Below are positions 27,334-36,943 of a DNA stretch of 41,026 bases, one piece after another. Source of the DNA: Acetobacteraceae bacterium (GTDB taxonomy: Bacteria > Pseudomonadota > Alphaproteobacteria > Acetobacterales > Acetobacteraceae); the NCBI GenBank assembly GCA_019689515.1, contig JADGHI010000001.1, positions 1 to 41,026 on the forward strand, written 5' to 3'. How positions within the stretch are numbered: the stretch's first letter is position 1; every line of letters begins with the position of its first letter. The notes under the pieces were generated by a model that saw only the letters and a program-made list of their open reading frames with translations, was not told the DNA's origin and did no database searches. The position numbers and the translations under genes were made by a program.

Positions 27334-28256
27334 TGTCGCCGGAGCTGTTGCTGGTGCAGGCCCTGAACGGCCTGCAATTCGGCATCCTGCTGTTCCTGGT
27401 CGCGGCCGGGCTGACGCTGGTGTTCGGGGTGATGGATTTCATCAACCTCGCCCATGGCGTGCAGTACATGCTGGGCGCCTATTTCGGCGCCTCGCTCGCG
27501 GCCGCGACGGGCAGCTTCTGGCTCGGCCTCCTGCTTGCGCTGCCGGCCGCCCTGCTGGCGGGGCTGGTGCTGGAATTCCTGGTCTTCCGGCACCTCTACG
27601 ACCGCGACCACCTGGCGCAGGTGCTGGCGACCTTCGGCGTGATCCTGTTCCTCAACGAGGGCGTGAAGCTGGTCTGGGGCGCCGCGCCGCTGCAGATGCC
27701 GATCCCGGCGCTGCTCGAGGGCGGCGTGGCGCTGATGCCGGGACTCCAGTATCCGATCTATCGCCTCGGCATCATCGGCGCCGGCCTCGCGACCGCGTTG
27801 CTGCTCTGGTTCCTGGTGGACCGCACCCGGGCGGGCATGCTGGTGCGCGCAGGTGCGACGAACCCGGAGATGGTCTCCGCGCTCGGCGTGGACATCCGCC
27901 GGCTGTTCACGCTGGTCTTCGGCTTCGGCGCCATGCTCGCGGGCTTCGCGGGGGTGATGGCGGCGCCCATCCTCTCGGTCGAGCCGGGGATGGGTGACAC
28001 GCCGCTGATCCTCGCCTTCGTGGTGATCGTCATCGGCGGCATCGGCTCGATCCGCGGCGCCTTCGTCGCCGCCCTGCTCGTCGGGCTGATCGACACGCTG
28101 GGCCGCGCCGCGATGCCGGACCTGATGCGCCTCTTCCTTGCGCCCTCGCCGGCGCGGCAGGCGGGGGCGGCGATCGCCTCGATGCTGGTGTACATCCTGA
28201 TGGCCGCGTTCCTCGCCTTCCGCCCCGCCGGCCTCTTCCCCGTGCGCACCGGCTGA
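27333..28256 (+). CDS. Branched-chain amino acid-type ABC permease (LivH-like)
   Basis: ATG overlaps the SBP stop; QALNGL, GLTLVFGVMDFINLAHG, VIGGIGS and RPAGLF. Confidence 0.92.
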   Translation: MSPELLLVQALNGLQFGILLFLVAAGLTLVFGVMDFINLAHGVQYMLGAYFGASLAAATGSFWLGLLLALPAALLAGLVLEFLVFRHLYDRDHLAQVLATFGVILFLNEGVKLVWGAAPLQMPIPALLEGGVALMPGLQYPIYRLGIIGAGLATALLLWFLVDRTRAGMLVRAGATNPEMVSALGVDIRRLFTLVFGFGAMLAGFAGVMAAPILSVEPGMGDTPLILAFVVIVIGGIGSIRGAFVAALLVGLIDTLGRAAMPDLMRLFLAPSPARQAGAAIASMLVYILMAAFLAFRPAGLFPVRTG

Positions 28257-28269
28257 GCCCGCCCGTCGG

Positions 28270-29196
28270 ATGCGCGAGTGGGTGGTGCCGTTGGTGCTGT
28301 TCGCCGGCCTCGCCGCCGCGCCCTTCGCCGGCTTCGGCGAAGGCTACGCGCTGACCCTGCTCGCGCGCACCATGATCCTCGGCATGGCCGCGGTCGGCCT
28401 GGCGCTGCTGGTCGGCGGCGCCGGTCTCGTCAGCCTCGGCCATGCCGCCACGCTCGGCGTCGGCGCCTACGCCGTGGTGGTGCTGGATGCGAACGGCATC
28501 ACCGACGCGACGACGGTCCTGCCCGTTGCGATCGCCGCGGCCGCGCTGTTCGCGCTCGCCACCGGTGCGATCAGCCTGCGCACCTCCGGCGTGCACTTCA
28601 TCATGATCACCCTCGCCTTCGGGCAGATGGCGTTCTTCACCGCCTCCTCCCTCGCCGCCTATGGCGGGGACGACGGCTACACACTGTTTTCGCGCACCGA
28701 GGTCGCCGGCACCCGCCTGCTTGAGGACCGCCTCGCCTTCCATTACGTCTGCCTGGGCCTGCTCGGCCTGACCTACCTGTTCTGCCGCGCCGCGCTGGCC
28801 GCGCGCTTCGGCCGCGTGCTGCGCGCCGCCCGCGAGAATGCGCTGCGCGTGCGTGCGGTTGGCCTCGACCCCTATCCCTACCGGCTGCTCGCTTATGTGC
28901 TCGCCGGCGCGATCGGCGGCCTGGCAGGCGTGCTGCTCGCCAACGCCGCGGAGTTCGTGGCGCCGAGCTACCTCTCCTGGCAGCGTTCGGGCGAGTTGCT
29001 GTTCATGGTGATCCTCGGCGGCCTCGGCAGCCTGCACGGCGCCATCCTCGGCGCGCTGGCCTATGTGCTGCTCGAGGAGTGGCTGTCGCACCTGACCGAG
29101 CACTGGCGGATGATCTTCGGCCCGCTGCTGATCCTCTCGGTCCTGTTCTTCCGCGGCGGCCTCGCCGGCCTGCTCGCGCCGCGGCAACGGCGATGA
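28270..29196 (+). CDS. Branched-chain amino acid-type ABC permease (LivM-like)
   Basis: GLVSLGHA, FIMITLAFGQ, GGDDG, FGRVLRAAREN and MVILGG. Confidence 0.92.
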   Translation: MREWVVPLVLFAGLAAAPFAGFGEGYALTLLARTMILGMAAVGLALLVGGAGLVSLGHAATLGVGAYAVVVLDANGITDATTVLPVAIAAAALFALATGAISLRTSGVHFIMITLAFGQMAFFTASSLAAYGGDDGYTLFSRTEVAGTRLLEDRLAFHYVCLGLLGLTYLFCRAALAARFGRVLRAARENALRVRAVGLDPYPYRLLAYVLAGAIGGLAGVLLANAAEFVAPSYLSWQRSGELLFMVILGGLGSLHGAILGALAYVLLEEWLSHLTEHWRMIFGPLLILSVLFFRGGLAGLLAPRQRR

Positions 29197-29948
29197 CCGC
29201 CGACCCGCTGCTGCGCATCGAGGGGCTGAGCAAGCGCTTCGGCGGCCTCACCGTCACCGACGAGGTCTGGCTCGACGTCCTCCCCGGCGAGATCCACGCC
29301 GTCATCGGCCCGAACGGCGCCGGCAAGACGACGCTGATCAACGAGGTGAGCGGCGTGGTGGCGCCCGATTCCGGCCGCATCCTGTTCGGCGGGCTCGACA
29401 TCACGCGCCTGTCCATGCCGCGGCGCATCCGCGCGGGGCTGGCGCGCAGCTTCCAGATCACCTGCGTCCTGCCCGGCTTCTCCGTTCTGGAGAACGTCGC
29501 CCTCGCGGCGCAGGCGCGCGACGGCTCCTCCTTCCGGTTCCTCCGCCCCGTCGCGAAGGAGGCACGGCTGAACGCGGCGGCGCGCGAGGCGCTCGACGCC
29601 GTCGGCCTCGCCGACCGCGCCACGATGCCGGCAGGGGCGCTGTCACATGGCGAGAAGCGCCAGCTTGAGCTCGCCATCGCCCTCGCCACCCGTCCACGCC
29701 TGCTCCTCCTCGACGAACCGCTGGCCGGCGCAGGGCCGGAAGAAACCGAGCGGCTGATCGCGCTGCTCGACCGGCTGCGGTCCGACTACGCCATCCTGCT
29801 GGTCGAGCACGACATGCGCGCGGTCTTCGCGCTCGCGGACCGCATCTCGGTGCTGGTCTATGGCCGCGTGGTTGCCACCGGAGCCCCGGCCGCGATCCGC
29901 GCCAACCCGGAGGTCCGCGCCGCCTATCTCGGCGAGGACGAGGCGTGA
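29193..29948 (+). CDS. ABC ATP-binding protein (LivG-like)
   Basis: ATG 29193; GPNGAGKT, RSFQ, LSHGEKR, LLLDEP and LVEHDM. Confidence 0.93.
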   Translation: MTADPLLRIEGLSKRFGGLTVTDEVWLDVLPGEIHAVIGPNGAGKTTLINEVSGVVAPDSGRILFGGLDITRLSMPRRIRAGLARSFQITCVLPGFSVLENVALAAQARDGSSFRFLRPVAKEARLNAAAREALDAVGLADRATMPAGALSHGEKRQLELAIALATRPRLLLLDEPLAGAGPEETERLIALLDRLRSDYAILLVEHDMRAVFALADRISVLVYGRVVATGAPAAIRANPEVRAAYLGEDEA

Positions 29949-30634
29949 TGCTGCGCATCGAGCGCCTCGCCGCCGGCTACGGGCAGAGCCAGGTCCTGTT
30001 CGACGTCTCGCTCGACATCGCCCCCGGCGAGGTGGTGACCCTCCTCGGCCGCAACGGCATGGGCAAGACGACGACGGTGCGCGCGGTGATGGGCCTGCTG
30101 AAGCCCTGGTCGGGCGAGATCAGCTTCGACGGTGTTTCCCTTACCGGCCTGCCGCCCTACCGCATCGCCCGCCTCGGCCTCGGCCTGGTGCCGGAGGGGC
30201 GGCAGGTCTTCCCGACCCTCACGGTCGAGGAGAACCTGATCGCCACCGCCCGCCCCGGCCCCTGGTCCCTGGCCCGGGTCTTCGCCCTGTTCCCACGGCT
30301 CGCGGAACGCCGGAGCAATCTCGGCGCCCGGCTCTCCGGCGGCGAGCAGCAGATGCTCGCCATCGGCCGCGCGCTGATGACCAATCCCCGCCTGCTGATC
30401 CTGGACGAGGCAACGGAGGGCCTGGCCCCGCTGGTCCGGGCCGAGATCTGGTCTGTGATCGCCGCGCTGAAGGCGGAGGGGCTCTCGATCCTGCTGATCG
30501 ACAAGAATCTCGCAGCGATGCTGCGCCTGGCCGACCGGCATGTCATCATCGAGAAGGGACGCGTGGTCTGGACCGGCGGCAGCGCCGCGCTTGCCGCCGC
30601 GCCCGACATCCGCGACACCTACCTGCACGTGTGA
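29948..30634 (+). CDS. ABC ATP-binding protein (LivF-like)
   Basis: GRNGMGKT, VPEGRQVF, LSGGEQQM and LILDEA. The start is ATG 29948 or GTG 29945. Confidence 0.93.
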   Translation: MLRIERLAAGYGQSQVLFDVSLDIAPGEVVTLLGRNGMGKTTTVRAVMGLLKPWSGEISFDGVSLTGLPPYRIARLGLGLVPEGRQVFPTLTVEENLIATARPGPWSLARVFALFPRLAERRSNLGARLSGGEQQMLAIGRALMTNPRLLILDEATEGLAPLVRAEIWSVIAALKAEGLSILLIDKNLAAMLRLADRHVIIEKGRVVWTGGSAALAAAPDIRDTYLHV

Positions 30635-30654
30635 GGGAGAGGGAGGTCCCGACG

Positions 30655-31104
30655 ATGAGCGCACCGAAGATGACCGCGGGCGTCACCCGCGCCGGCGAGG
30701 GCGAGGGAGGGGTGGTCTGGAGCATCCTTGGCCAGACCTACAAGCCCGTGGCCCATTCCGAGACCTGCTTCGCCTTCGACACGCTGTTCCCGCCCGGAAC
30801 CTTCGTGCCCCCGCACATCCACCCGACGCAGGACGAGTTCATCCGCGTCCTCGAGGGCCAGTTCGAGCTGTTCCTCGACGGCCAGACGCTGACCGCGGGC
30901 GCGGGCGATCTGATCCGCATGCCGATGGGCCTCGCCCACGGCATCTTCAACAAGTCCGGCCAGAACGTGCGCGCGCTGTTCTGGGTCTCCCCGGCGCGCG
31001 ACCTCTACCGGCTGTTCACGCGCATCCACAACGTGCCCGATCCGAACGAGGTGGTGCGGATCGCGAAGGAGCACGAGGTGGAGTTCCTGCCGCCGCCCGG
31101 CTGA
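30655..31104 (+). CDS. Cupin domain protein (quercetinase-like monocupin, possible dioxygenase)
   Basis: ATG 30655 with GGGAGG RBS; PPHIHPTQDE and GDLIRMPMGLAH give the 3-His-1-Glu metal ligands; ends HEVEFLPP. Confidence 0.85.
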   Translation: MSAPKMTAGVTRAGEGEGGVVWSILGQTYKPVAHSETCFAFDTLFPPGTFVPPHIHPTQDEFIRVLEGQFELFLDGQTLTAGAGDLIRMPMGLAHGIFNKSGQNVRALFWVSPARDLYRLFTRIHNVPDPNEVVRIAKEHEVEFLPPPG

Positions 31105-31108
31105 TCCG

Positions 31109-31930
31109 TCAGCCCTTCTTCGGCGGATGCCGCGGCCGGTCGAGGAAGGCGCGCAGCATCCGCCGCGGTTCCTCGCCGCGCCAGGCCTCGGCGAAGCTGT
31201 CGATGCCGGCGCGGATGGCCTCGGCCATCGGCAGGTCCTCCCAGGCCCGGATCAGACGCTTCTGCAGCCGCAGCGCCTGCGGCCCCGCGCGGCCGAGCAT
31301 CTTGAGCCACTCCGCCACCGCCGCATCCAGCGCCGCGCCGGGTTCGGCGACCCGCTCGACGAGCCCCCAGGCGAGGGCCTCCTCCGCGCCGATCGTCTCG
31401 CCGAGGAGCAGCAGGCGCCGCGCGCGGCCCCAGCCGATCAGCGTCGGCAGCAGCGCCGCCTCGACCACGGAGGGCAGGCCGAGCAGCACCTCCGGCATGC
31501 CAAAGGTCGCGGTGGAGGCGGCGATCCGCAGATCGCAGGACGCCGCGAGTTCCAGCCCGGCGCCGAGCGCATGCCCGTTGATCCGCCCGATCACCGGGAC
31601 CGGCGCCTCGCGCACCGCCTTGCAGGCACGGTGCACCGCCTCGATGAAGCGCCTGGCCTCGACGTGGTCGGCCAGCTCCGCCATCTCGCGGATGTCGGCG
31701 CCGCCGACGAAGGCACGCTCGCCCGCACCGGTCACGACGACCGCGCGCAGGTCGGCATGCGCGCCGAGCCCTTCGATGGTCTCGGCGAAGCGACGCAGCA
31801 CCGTCGAGTTCAGCGCGTTGAGCTTCGCCTCGTTGTCGATCGTCACCCACGCGACCAGACCGGTCTCCGGCGTGGCTTCGAGCCTGAGCGTCACCTCTCC
31901 GGTCCGGCTTGCGGCGGTGGTCACGCGCAA
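31109..31930 (-). CDS. Enoyl-CoA hydratase/isomerase family protein
   Basis: KLNALN, AFVGGADI, GHALGAGLELA..CDLR and FGMPEV.G. The start is TTG 31930 or GTG 31924. Confidence 0.88.
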   Translation of the reverse strand: MRVTTAASRTGEVTLRLEATPETGLVAWVTIDNEAKLNALNSTVLRRFAETIEGLGAHADLRAVVVTGAGERAFVGGADIREMAELADHVEARRFIEAVHRACKAVREAPVPVIGRINGHALGAGLELAASCDLRIAASTATFGMPEVLLGLPSVVEAALLPTLIGWGRARRLLLLGETIGAEEALAWGLVERVAEPGAALDAAVAEWLKMLGRAGPQALRLQKRLIRAWEDLPMAEAIRAGIDSFAEAWRGEEPRRMLRAFLDRPRHPPKKG

Positions 31931-31960
31931 TCCCCCCTCTCCTGCCCTGCTGTGGCCGGC

Positions 31961-33175
31961 TCAAGGCTGCGCGACGGCGAACCCCGCCATCTTCGCGTAG
32001 CCGCCGGCGATCGCCGCGAGTTCCTCCCGGCTGATCACATCCTCAAGCCGCGCGAAGCCGTCCGGCGCGCGCTCGGAAACCACGTCCACCACCCGCTCCG
32101 GCCCGCCGAGGCGATTGGATCGCACGATCTCCGCCGTCTTCGGCAGCCGCTCCGCCTCATAGGCCGCGAGCGCCTCCTCGACCGGCCGTTCGGCCAGCAG
32201 CGCGGCCAGGCAGCGCGCGTCCAGCACCGCCTGCGAAGCGCCGTTCGAGCCCACCGGATACATCGGATGCGCCGCGTCGCCGAGCAGCGTCACGCGCCCC
32301 TGCGTCCAGAAGGGCAGCGGATCGCGGTCGCACATCGGGTATTCCCAGAACTCCGGCGTGGCGCGCACCATCGCCTCCACGTCCAGGAACGGCATGCGGA
32401 ACCGCCGCACATGCGGGAGCACCTCGTCGAGCCGACCGGGCCGCGACCAGTCCTCGCGCCGCGGCGGCGGGCGGGTCGCGTCGCCGATCTGCGCGCAGAC
32501 CACCCAGTTGGTCAGGCGCGTGTCCGGCGTGCGGCCGGCACCGATCGGGTAGAGGACGAGCTTCTCCTTCATGTCGCCGGCGACGATCATGGTGTCGCCG
32601 CCCTCGAAGGCCGGCCAGTCCAGCGCGCCGCGCCACATCTGAATGCCGTTCCAGCGGATGCCGCCGTCCTGCGGATGCAGGATCGCGCGCACGGCGGAGT
32701 GGATGCCGTCCGCTCCCACCAGCACATCGCCATGCGCCGTGCTGCCGTCCGCGAAGCGCGCGGTGACGCCGCCCGCGGTCTGGCTGAAGCCGACGAGCCG
32801 CTTCCCTGTGAGGATCGCGTCGGGGGCAAGCCGCTCCTTCGCGGCGTTCCACAGCACGCCGTGCAGCCAGCCGCGATGGATCGAGAATTGCGGCACCTCG
32901 TGCCCGGCATAGATGCCGCGCTTCTCGACCCAGATCTCCTGCCCGAAGCGGTTGAGGTAGCGCAACTCCCGCGTGCGGACCGCGACCGCATCCAGCGCCG
33001 GCAGCAGGCCGAGCGCGGCAAGCTCCCGGATCGCGTGCGGCAGGGTGTTGATGCCGACGCCGAGCTCGCGCACCTCCGTCGCCGCCTCGAAGATCGTGCA
33101 GCGGATGCCGCGCTCGTGCAGCGACATCGCGAGCGTCAGCCCGCCGATGCCGCCACCTGCGATCAGCACATGCAT
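31961..33175 (-). CDS. Group A flavin-dependent monooxygenase (PhzS-like)
   Basis: Start MHVLIAGGGIGG (ATG 33175); ELGVGIN, SIHRG, GADGIHS, EYPMCDRDPL and LLGDAAHPMYPVGSNGASQA. Confidence 0.88.
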   Translation of the reverse strand: MHVLIAGGGIGGLTLAMSLHERGIRCTIFEAATEVRELGVGINTLPHAIRELAALGLLPALDAVAVRTRELRYLNRFGQEIWVEKRGIYAGHEVPQFSIHRGWLHGVLWNAAKERLAPDAILTGKRLVGFSQTAGGVTARFADGSTAHGDVLVGADGIHSAVRAILHPQDGGIRWNGIQMWRGALDWPAFEGGDTMIVAGDMKEKLVLYPIGAGRTPDTRLTNWVVCAQIGDATRPPPRREDWSRPGRLDEVLPHVRRFRMPFLDVEAMVRATPEFWEYPMCDRDPLPFWTQGRVTLLGDAAHPMYPVGSNGASQAVLDARCLAALLAERPVEEALAAYEAERLPKTAEIVRSNRLGGPERVVDVVSERAPDGFARLEDVISREELAAIAGGYAKMAGFAVAQP

Positions 33176-33182
33176 GGCGCCG

Positions 33183-35522
33183 CTACTCCGCGGCCGCCTT
33201 CGGCACCGCCGGAAGCGCCGCGGCATGGATTTTCGGCCGCGCCTTCAGCCTGAGTTCGCGCATCTCCTCTCTCTCCCGCGCCGCGTTGCGCATCAGCGCG
33301 TCCTTGCCCCACAGATACTGCGGCGGGCAGGCCACCTCGGCGACACCATACTGCGCCGCCGCCTGGAGCGTGAAGGAGGGGTTGGTCAGATGCGGCCGCG
33401 CCAGGGCAACGAGGTCAGCCCGCCCGGTCGCGAGGATCGTGTTGGCCTGGTCCGCCGAGGTGATGTTGCCGACGCACATGGTGGCGACCCCCGCCTCGTT
33501 GCGGATCATGTCCGACCACGGCACCTGGAACATCCGCCCATAGACCGGCGCGGAATCCGCCACCGTCTGCCCGGTGGAGACGTCGATCAGGTCGCAGCCA
33601 TGCGCCGCGAAGGCGCGCGCGATCGCCAGCGTGTCCTCGTCGCTGATGCCGCCATCCGCCCAGTCGGTGGCGGAGATGCGCACCGACATCGGCCGGTCCT
33701 CCGGCCAGGCGGCACGGAGGGCATCGAAGACCTCGAGCGGGTAGCGCAGCCGGTTCTCCACCGGCCCGCCGTACTCGTCCGTCCGGCGGTTGGTCAGCGG
33801 CGAGAGGAAGCTCGCCAGCAGATAGCCGTGCGCGCAGTGCAGCTCCAGCATGTCGAAACCGCAGCGGATCGCGCGCCGCGCCGCCTGGACGAAATCCTCC
33901 TTCACAGCGTCCATCTCCGCGCGCGTCATCTCACGCGGCACCTGGCTGTGCGGGAAGTAGGGGATCGGGCTCGCCGAGACGATCGGCCAGTTGCCGGATT
34001 CGAGCGGCTGGTCGATCCCCTCCCACATCAGCCTCGTGCTGCCCTTCCGCCCGGCATGGCCGAGCTGGAGGCAGATGCGCGCCTCGCCATGGGCGTGGAC
34101 GAACTCCACGATGCGCCGCCACGCCGCCTCCTGCTCGTCGTTCCAGAGGCCCGCGCAGCCCGGGGTGATGCGCGCCTCCGGCGAGATGTCCGTCATCTCC
34201 GTGAAGATCAGCCCCGCTCCGCCGACCGCGCGCGCGCCGTAATGCACCAGGTGCCAGTCGCCCGGCACGCCATCCTTCGCGCTGTACATGCACATGGGGG
34301 AGACGACGACGCGGTTCGCGAGCGCCATGCCGCGCAGCTGGAAGGGCTGGAACAGCGGTGGCCTGGCGGGATCGGCGGACAGGCCCGCTGCGCGCGCCTC
34401 CTCGGCGAAGACGCGCTGCGTCTCCTCGACGAAGGCCGGCGCGCGCAGCGAGAGGTTGTCCCAGGTGATCGCCTTGCTGCGCGTCATCACGCCGAAGGCG
34501 AAGCGCGTCGGGTGCATGTGCCAGAAGCGCTTCACGTGCTCGAACCAGACGAGCGAGACATCGGCTGCGTGCTGCGTCCTCTCCACCTCCTCCCGCCGTC
34601 CGGCCTCGAAGCGGGCGAGGCAGGTAGCCACGTCGCCGCCGGCCATGAAGGCGCCGTGCAGCGCGATAGCATCCTCCATTGCAAGCTTGGTACCGGAGCC
34701 GATGGAGAAATGCGCGCTCGCCTTGGCATCGCCGAGCAGGACGACGTTGTCCTTCACCCACCGCTCGCAACGGATCATAGGGAATTGCCGCCAGTGCGAA
34801 CGGTTGGTCAGCAGCCGGTGCCCGCGCAGTTCCTCGGCGAACACGCCCTCCAGGAAGCGCGCGCTCTCCCGCTCGTCCATGCGGTCGAGACCGGCGCGGG
34901 CGAAGGTCTCCGGATCGGTTTCCATCACCCAGGTGCTGGCGTCCGCTTCGTACTGGTAGCAGTGGGCGATGAAGATGCCCTCGGGCCGCTCGCGGAAGAA
35001 GAAGGTGAAGGCGTCGAAGGGCCGGGTCGAGCCCATCCAGGCGAAGCGGTTGGGCCGCAGATCCACCGCGGGGACGAACCGATCGGCGAAGCGCGTGCGG
35101 ACGGCGCTGTTGATGCCATCCGCGGCGACGATCAGGTCGGCTTCGGGGAAATCCTCGGGCGTCGCATCGCGCCGGAACTGCAGCTCCACGCCGAGCTGCC
35201 GGGCGCGTTCCTGCAGCGCGAGCAGCAGCGTGCGGCGCGAGCAGCCGCAGAAGCCGTTGCCGCCGATGCGGTGCACCGCGCCCTTCGCGTGGATCTCGAT
35301 GTCGTCCCAGTAGGCGAAGGCCTCGGTGATCGCGCGGTAGGAGGGCGGGTCCGCCTTCTCGAAGGCCTCCAGCGTCTGGTCGCTGAACACGACGCCGAAA
35401 CCGCAGGTATCGTCGGCCCGGTTGCGCTCCACCACCGTGACGCGCGCCTCCGGCCGGTCGCGCTTCATCAGGATCGCGAAGTAGAGGCCCGCCGGTCCGC
35501 CGCCGATCACCGCGATGCGCAT
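33183..35522 (-). CDS. abmA: Bifunctional anthraniloyl-CoA monooxygenase/reductase (salicylyl-CoA 5-hydroxylase family)
   Basis: N-terminal FAD domain ([33 protein letters not shown]) fused to an Old Yellow Enzyme domain ([34 protein letters not shown]). Start at ATG 35522. Confidence 0.9.
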   Translation of the reverse strand: MRIAVIGGGPAGLYFAILMKRDRPEARVTVVERNRADDTCGFGVVFSDQTLEAFEKADPPSYRAITEAFAYWDDIEIHAKGAVHRIGGNGFCGCSRRTLLLALQERARQLGVELQFRRDATPEDFPEADLIVAADGINSAVRTRFADRFVPAVDLRPNRFAWMGSTRPFDAFTFFFRERPEGIFIAHCYQYEADASTWVMETDPETFARAGLDRMDERESARFLEGVFAEELRGHRLLTNRSHWRQFPMIRCERWVKDNVVLLGDAKASAHFSIGSGTKLAMEDAIALHGAFMAGGDVATCLARFEAGRREEVERTQHAADVSLVWFEHVKRFWHMHPTRFAFGVMTRSKAITWDNLSLRAPAFVEETQRVFAEEARAAGLSADPARPPLFQPFQLRGMALANRVVVSPMCMYSAKDGVPGDWHLVHYGARAVGGAGLIFTEMTDISPEARITPGCAGLWNDEQEAAWRRIVEFVHAHGEARICLQLGHAGRKGSTRLMWEGIDQPLESGNWPIVSASPIPYFPHSQVPREMTRAEMDAVKEDFVQAARRAIRCGFDMLELHCAHGYLLASFLSPLTNRRTDEYGGPVENRLRYPLEVFDALRAAWPEDRPMSVRISATDWADGGISDEDTLAIARAFAAHGCDLIDVSTGQTVADSAPVYGRMFQVPWSDMIRNEAGVATMCVGNITSADQANTILATGRADLVALARPHLTNPSFTLQAAAQYGVAEVACPPQYLWGKDALMRNAAREREEMRELRLKARPKIHAAALPAVPKAAAE

Positions 35523-35559
35523 GCCGCAGCCTCCCTGGCTCAGCCGGCCCCGGCCGAAC

Positions 35560-35575
35560 AGTTTAGGCTTCAACT
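35560..35575. promoter_or_regulatory. Imperfect palindrome, candidate MarR operator 1
   Basis: AGTTTAGGCTTCAACT in the divergent abmA/SDR intergenic region; shares the core TTTARGCTTCAA with operator 2. Confidence 0.6.
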
Positions 35576-35617
35576 ATCCGCGCACCAACGGCGATCCGTC
35601 GTTGCCGCCGCCCGGTC

Positions 35618-35641
35618 CGATGTTTTAAGCTTCAAACATCG
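35618..35641. promoter_or_regulatory. Near-perfect 24-bp palindrome, candidate MarR operator 2
   Basis: CGATGTTTTAAGCTTCAAACATCG has one mismatched pair, is AT-rich, and lies directly before the RBS of the SDR-marR operon. Confidence 0.72.
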
Positions 35642-35651
35642 CGGAGGAGCG

Positions 35652-36419
35652 ATGGCGACCGAGCGTCCCCCTCTGGCCCGCCGGCGTGCCCTGGTCACCG
35701 GTGGCGGCAGCGGCATCGGCGCGGCCTGCGCCGCGGCGCTGACCGGTGCCGGCGCCGCCGTGCCCGTGCTCGGGCGGCGCGAGGAGCGGCTGCGCGCGGC
35801 CGTCCAGACCGGTGCGGCGGCGGATTGGATCGCCGCCGACGTCACAAGTGAGGCCGTGCTGGCGGCCGCACTCCGTGGGCGCGGTCCCTTCACCGTCCTG
35901 GTGAACGCCGCCGGCGCGGCGGAAAGCGCGCCTTTCCTCAAGTCGGACTTGGCGCTCTGGGAACGCATGCTGCGCGTCAACCTGCTCGGCGCCGTCGCCA
36001 CGACGCGCGCCGTGCTGCCGGCGATGCTCGATGCCGGCTTCGGCCGCGTGGTGAACATCGCCTCGACGGCGGCGCTCAAGGGTTACGCCTATGTCACGGC
36101 CTATGCCGCGGCGAAGCACGCGCTGCTCGGCCTCACCCGCGCGCTGGCGCTGGAGGTGGCGCGCAGGGGCGTCACCGTGAACGCCGTCTGCCCCGGCTTC
36201 ACTGACACGGAGCTCGTCGCCGAAAGCCTCGCGCGCATCGTCGCCACCACCGGCCGCAGCGAGGACGAAGCGCGCGCCGAACTCGTCCGCCACAACCCGC
36301 AGGGCCGCCTGGTGCGCCCGGAGGAGGTTGCAGAGGCCGTGCTTGCCCTCTGCCTGCCCGGCGCCGCGGCGCTGAACGGCCAGGCGATCGCGGTGGACCG
36401 AGGCGAGACCGCCGCATGA
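35652..36419 (+). CDS. SDR oxidoreductase of the abm cluster (3-hydroxyacyl-CoA dehydrogenase role)
   Basis: C-terminal part of ORF 32973..36419, starting at ATG 35652 (RBS GGAGGAG); TGGGSGIG, NIASTA, YAAAKH, VNAVCPGFTDT and NPQGRL. Confidence 0.9.
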   Translation: MATERPPLARRRALVTGGGSGIGAACAAALTGAGAAVPVLGRREERLRAAVQTGAAADWIAADVTSEAVLAAALRGRGPFTVLVNAAGAAESAPFLKSDLALWERMLRVNLLGAVATTRAVLPAMLDAGFGRVVNIASTAALKGYAYVTAYAAAKHALLGLTRALALEVARRGVTVNAVCPGFTDTELVAESLARIVATTGRSEDEARAELVRHNPQGRLVRPEEVAEAVLALCLPGAAALNGQAIAVDRGETAA

Positions 36420-36943
36420 CCGCACCACCCGACGACCTCGCTACCCGCGGCACGGTGGATGCCGAGACGCCACTCGCCCACCATCCGGCGGGCCACAAGG
36501 ACGAGCTGCGCCTCTGGCTGCGCCTGCTCGCCACCGCAAACCTGATCGAGGGCGAGGTCCGGCGCCGTCTGCGCGCCGCCTTCCATACGACCCTGCCTCG
36601 CTTCGACCTGCTCGCCCAGCTCCACCGCGCGGGCGGCGCGCTGACGCTCGGCGAGATCTCGCGGCGGATGATGGTCAGCAACGGCAACATCACCGGCCTC
36701 GCCGCGCGCCTGGAGGCCGAGGGCCTGGTGGAACGCCGGGTCAGCGAGGCGGACCGGCGCGCGCAATGGCTGCGCCTGACCCCGAAGGGCCGGCGTGAGT
36801 TCTCCCGCCAGTCGGCGGCACACGAGGAGTGGATCGCGGAGATCTTCGCCGGCCTGGCGGAGGAGGAACGCGCCGCGCTGTTCCGGCTGCTCGCACGCGC
36901 CAAGCAATCGGCGCAGGCAGCCCTGGCAGAGGACACGGCATGA
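36416..36943 (+). CDS. MarR family transcriptional regulator
   Basis: [28 protein letters not shown] and DRR...LTPKG winged-helix motifs. Confidence 0.92.
   Translation: MTAPPDDLATRGTVDAETPLAHHPAGHKDELRLWLRLLATANLIEGEVRRRLRAAFHTTLPRFDLLAQLHRAGGALTLGEISRRMMVSNGNITGLAARLEAEGLVERRVSEADRRAQWLRLTPKGRREFSRQSAAHEEWIAEIFAGLAEEERAALFRLLARAKQSAQAALAEDTA

Noticed and set aside
32973-36419. 1148-aa plus-strand ORF that looks like a giant SDR fusion
   Set aside because: Most of it is the antisense shadow of abmA in GC-rich DNA. Only the part from ATG 35652, which has its own RBS, is a real SDR.
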